Shown here piece by piece: positions 61,901-64,000 of a stretch of DNA of 64,000 nt. The notes beneath the pieces are model-generated. The model saw only the letters and a program-made list of their open reading frames with translations, made no database searches and was not told the DNA's origin. The number at the start of each line of letters is the position of its first letter. The first letter of the stretch is position 1. Both the position numbers and the translations under genes were made by a program. The stretch is from Azolla caroliniana (Eukaryota > Plantae > Polypodiophyta). The stretch lies in contig JBHGNT010000020.1 of the NCBI GenBank assembly GCA_043228905.1, positions 9,238,001 through 9,302,000 of the forward strand. Reading direction: 5' to 3'.

Positions 61901-63360
61901 GAAAACTTTCGATATAATCACGTAATAACGAATATACACATATGTTTACTTATCACATATATACGATCAAATACGTATATACGTGACCACATATGCCTAT
62001 ATTTTCCATAAAAAATATGCTCCATTGGTATTAAAATTAACAATGCCAAAGGCAATCTACAAATTGTACATAATAGTTTCCACTCCATAAGTATATATTA
62101 AACATATCGTTATATTAAATAGCCACAAATGATGTGATCGAGATACGTAATCGAGGTATATACCTCTACGCACACGAAACATCCACAAATAAGAGATCAT
62201 CGTAATACGCAATTGAGGTATTGACCTCTTACGCATACGAGACCAACCGCATATCGTTTACAACAAATCAACAACTCATACACAAACGTAACATATGTTC
62301 GTGAACGTAATACGTAATTGAGGTATTAACCTCGTACGCATACGACACTCATCACATATTATTAATATGTCAAACGAGGTATTGACCTCGTGCACATATG
62401 TAAACGTTTTAGATAATCAATTAAAGATCACTACAACATCATTGACTTAATGAAAAAAAATAACATATAAACTAAACACATGATTAGATGGGAGAAGAGA
62501 GAATAGAAAAAAAATAAAATTATGGAAAGAGTTATCGAAGTTCTTTGTTGATCGTTGTCTGGATCAAGGCCGACCGCACAACGATCGATCAACATCAATC
62601 AAAAGACAAATGAAAAACAAAGAAACATTAGTACATAAATCTGATACCAAATATTATAGATCTAAGTACTAAAGTAAGCTTAAGATAAGGATAAAGTAAT
62701 GATAGATAGAAAGGAGAAAGAGAAAGAAGGGTGCCGATCCACCCGACCACCCCCGAGCGAAGGGATCGAGACGGACTCGAGCCTCGATCGGCGTCCCATA
62801 CCACCGCCGTGGCGTCGAGTCATACCTGGTGCTAGCGCGCTCGCTACAAGAGTTGACCCACCACAAGAGCAGAGTTTCGATGTAGTCAAAAGATGATCAA
62901 ATGAGGGTAGCTAGGCCTCTTATTTATAGCGATACCCAAGGCCCCCAGGCAAGTTCACACTTGACCTAATGGGTTGTCTCAATCCCGAGGATTAAAAGTA
63001 ATCCTCCCCTTCTTTACACTCTCGTTTAACCCTCACACTTATCCACGTGTATAGAATACTACGGTAAATTCTCACCACGGGATATTATATGGTCATGCCC
63101 GTAACAGTGGATTATTTTGAACATTTATGTGTACCTCCTAGAAGTTTCTCCCCATCAAATCATTATAACAATATGTTACATAATATTGGAGTTATGAGAC
63201 AACAACAAGATTATTAGACACAGTTTCAATGATCACAAGAACCTAACAATATTTCTAGAATATTGAAGTCTGGAGTGAACAACAAGATCATTGGGTATGG
63301 TTCTTATGAATTTTGATTTCATGATCGTGTATCGGCCAAGAAGACAATAAGGAAAACCTG
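58980..63360 (+). mobile_element. Heavily decayed Tcn1-like pol remnant (RT-RNase H), split at 59687/63107
   Basis: FQHMDDNIFQDFLDILTIIYLDDILIF, KPFILEAN..FAIGNVLSQ, NYKIHDKEFLAIVD continuing as YFEH after the insertion. Confidence 0.75.
59688..63106 (-). mobile_element. Non-autonomous, internally deleted chromovirus-derived LTR element
   Basis: 455-bp LTRs at 59688-60142 and 62652-63106, TSD GTGGA (59683-59687 / 63107-63111), PBS TGGTATCAGA (62640-62649), PPT 60143-60155. Gag N-terminus (60550-60873) abuts the integrase tail LAPRFCGPF..IHPVFHVSRLK and chromodomain EFKIKW..DATWE. Confidence 0.9.
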
Positions 63361-63944
63361 TAAAGAATTGAGTGTGATTGTATGCATCGGAATAAATTAA
63401 GGATGTGTGTTATGTGTGTATGTGGAAGAGGAGAGAAGACAGACACAATATAGATAGATAGGAAAATGAAGTACTCAAGATGGATGTATGTATTAACAAG
63501 AAGTGGACAACAATTACAACGATATGAGCATTAGAAAGGAGATTAATTGACCCTTTACAAAGTAGGAGGAGGGTGCTTTATATGTATAAGGTCACCCTCT
63601 CCCTATACTCTCTCACTAAAACGCCCACTCTCTCTCTAGAACCTTGGGGAATGTGGAGACTCATTAGCTATGGGAAATATGAAACTCATTAGTTATGTGT
63701 CATAGAATATGATTCTATGGTCCACATAGTTACTGTGTAGAAAGTAGTGGGGACATTTGACCTTTGAGTGCTCATAGATTCTCAAAAGGTGTGTTGTATT
63801 GCCTTTGGGCGCATGATGCAAGGCAATACAACACGTGACTCGCCTTGCAACTCATAGATTCTCAAAAGGTGAGTCACGTGTTGTATTGCCTTGTATCATG
63901 CGTTCATGATCACATGCTCGGCTACATTCAAGAGGCCAAAACGC

Positions 63945-64000
63945 TGTCGTGAAAATCCGTCACTATGTGCGGATCGCGAGGCGGAACCGCCGGGGTTCTG
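63945..64000 (+). mobile_element. Possible start of another LTR related to the Gag-only element
   Basis: Begins TGTCGTGAA like 2069/6977, with an abrupt GC rise; only 56 bp visible. Confidence 0.4.

Noticed and set aside
62143-62400. CRISPR array
   Set aside because: Degenerate repeats, irregular spacers, inside an LTR element leader, no cas genes; kept only as a hairpin array.

Overview
Eukaryotic plant nuclear DNA, most likely a fern or other seed-free vascular plant (inferred from Tcn1-type chromoviruses, a Trp-primed Gypsy-type element and the PLS-PPR style). Bases 1-30,000 are a multi-layer nest of LTR retrotransposons. An old Athila/Selgy-like Gypsy carries a Tcn1-like chromovirus and a young Tnt1/Tork-like Copia. 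That Copia is itself split by an apparently identical copy of its own family and by a young pol-less LTR element (693-bp LTRs, tRNA-Trp PBS, 4-bp TSD) encoding one intact 1398-aa Gag-plus-repeat protein. Bases 32-57 kb hold three host genes (calumenin/reticulocalbin-like EF-hand protein, GINS subunit PSF1, PLS-class PPR), a long-TIR DNA element and an older full-length Copia. The end holds a non-autonomous chromovirus nested in a decayed one. Strongest oddities: the Gag-only element, tRNA-type Pol III A/B-box cassettes in two divergent Tcn1-like LTRs, Tf1-like self-priming plus a -1 frameshift signal, and a second aspartic protease in frame after a Gypsy integrase. All alignments and identities were judged by eye; no database searches were run.
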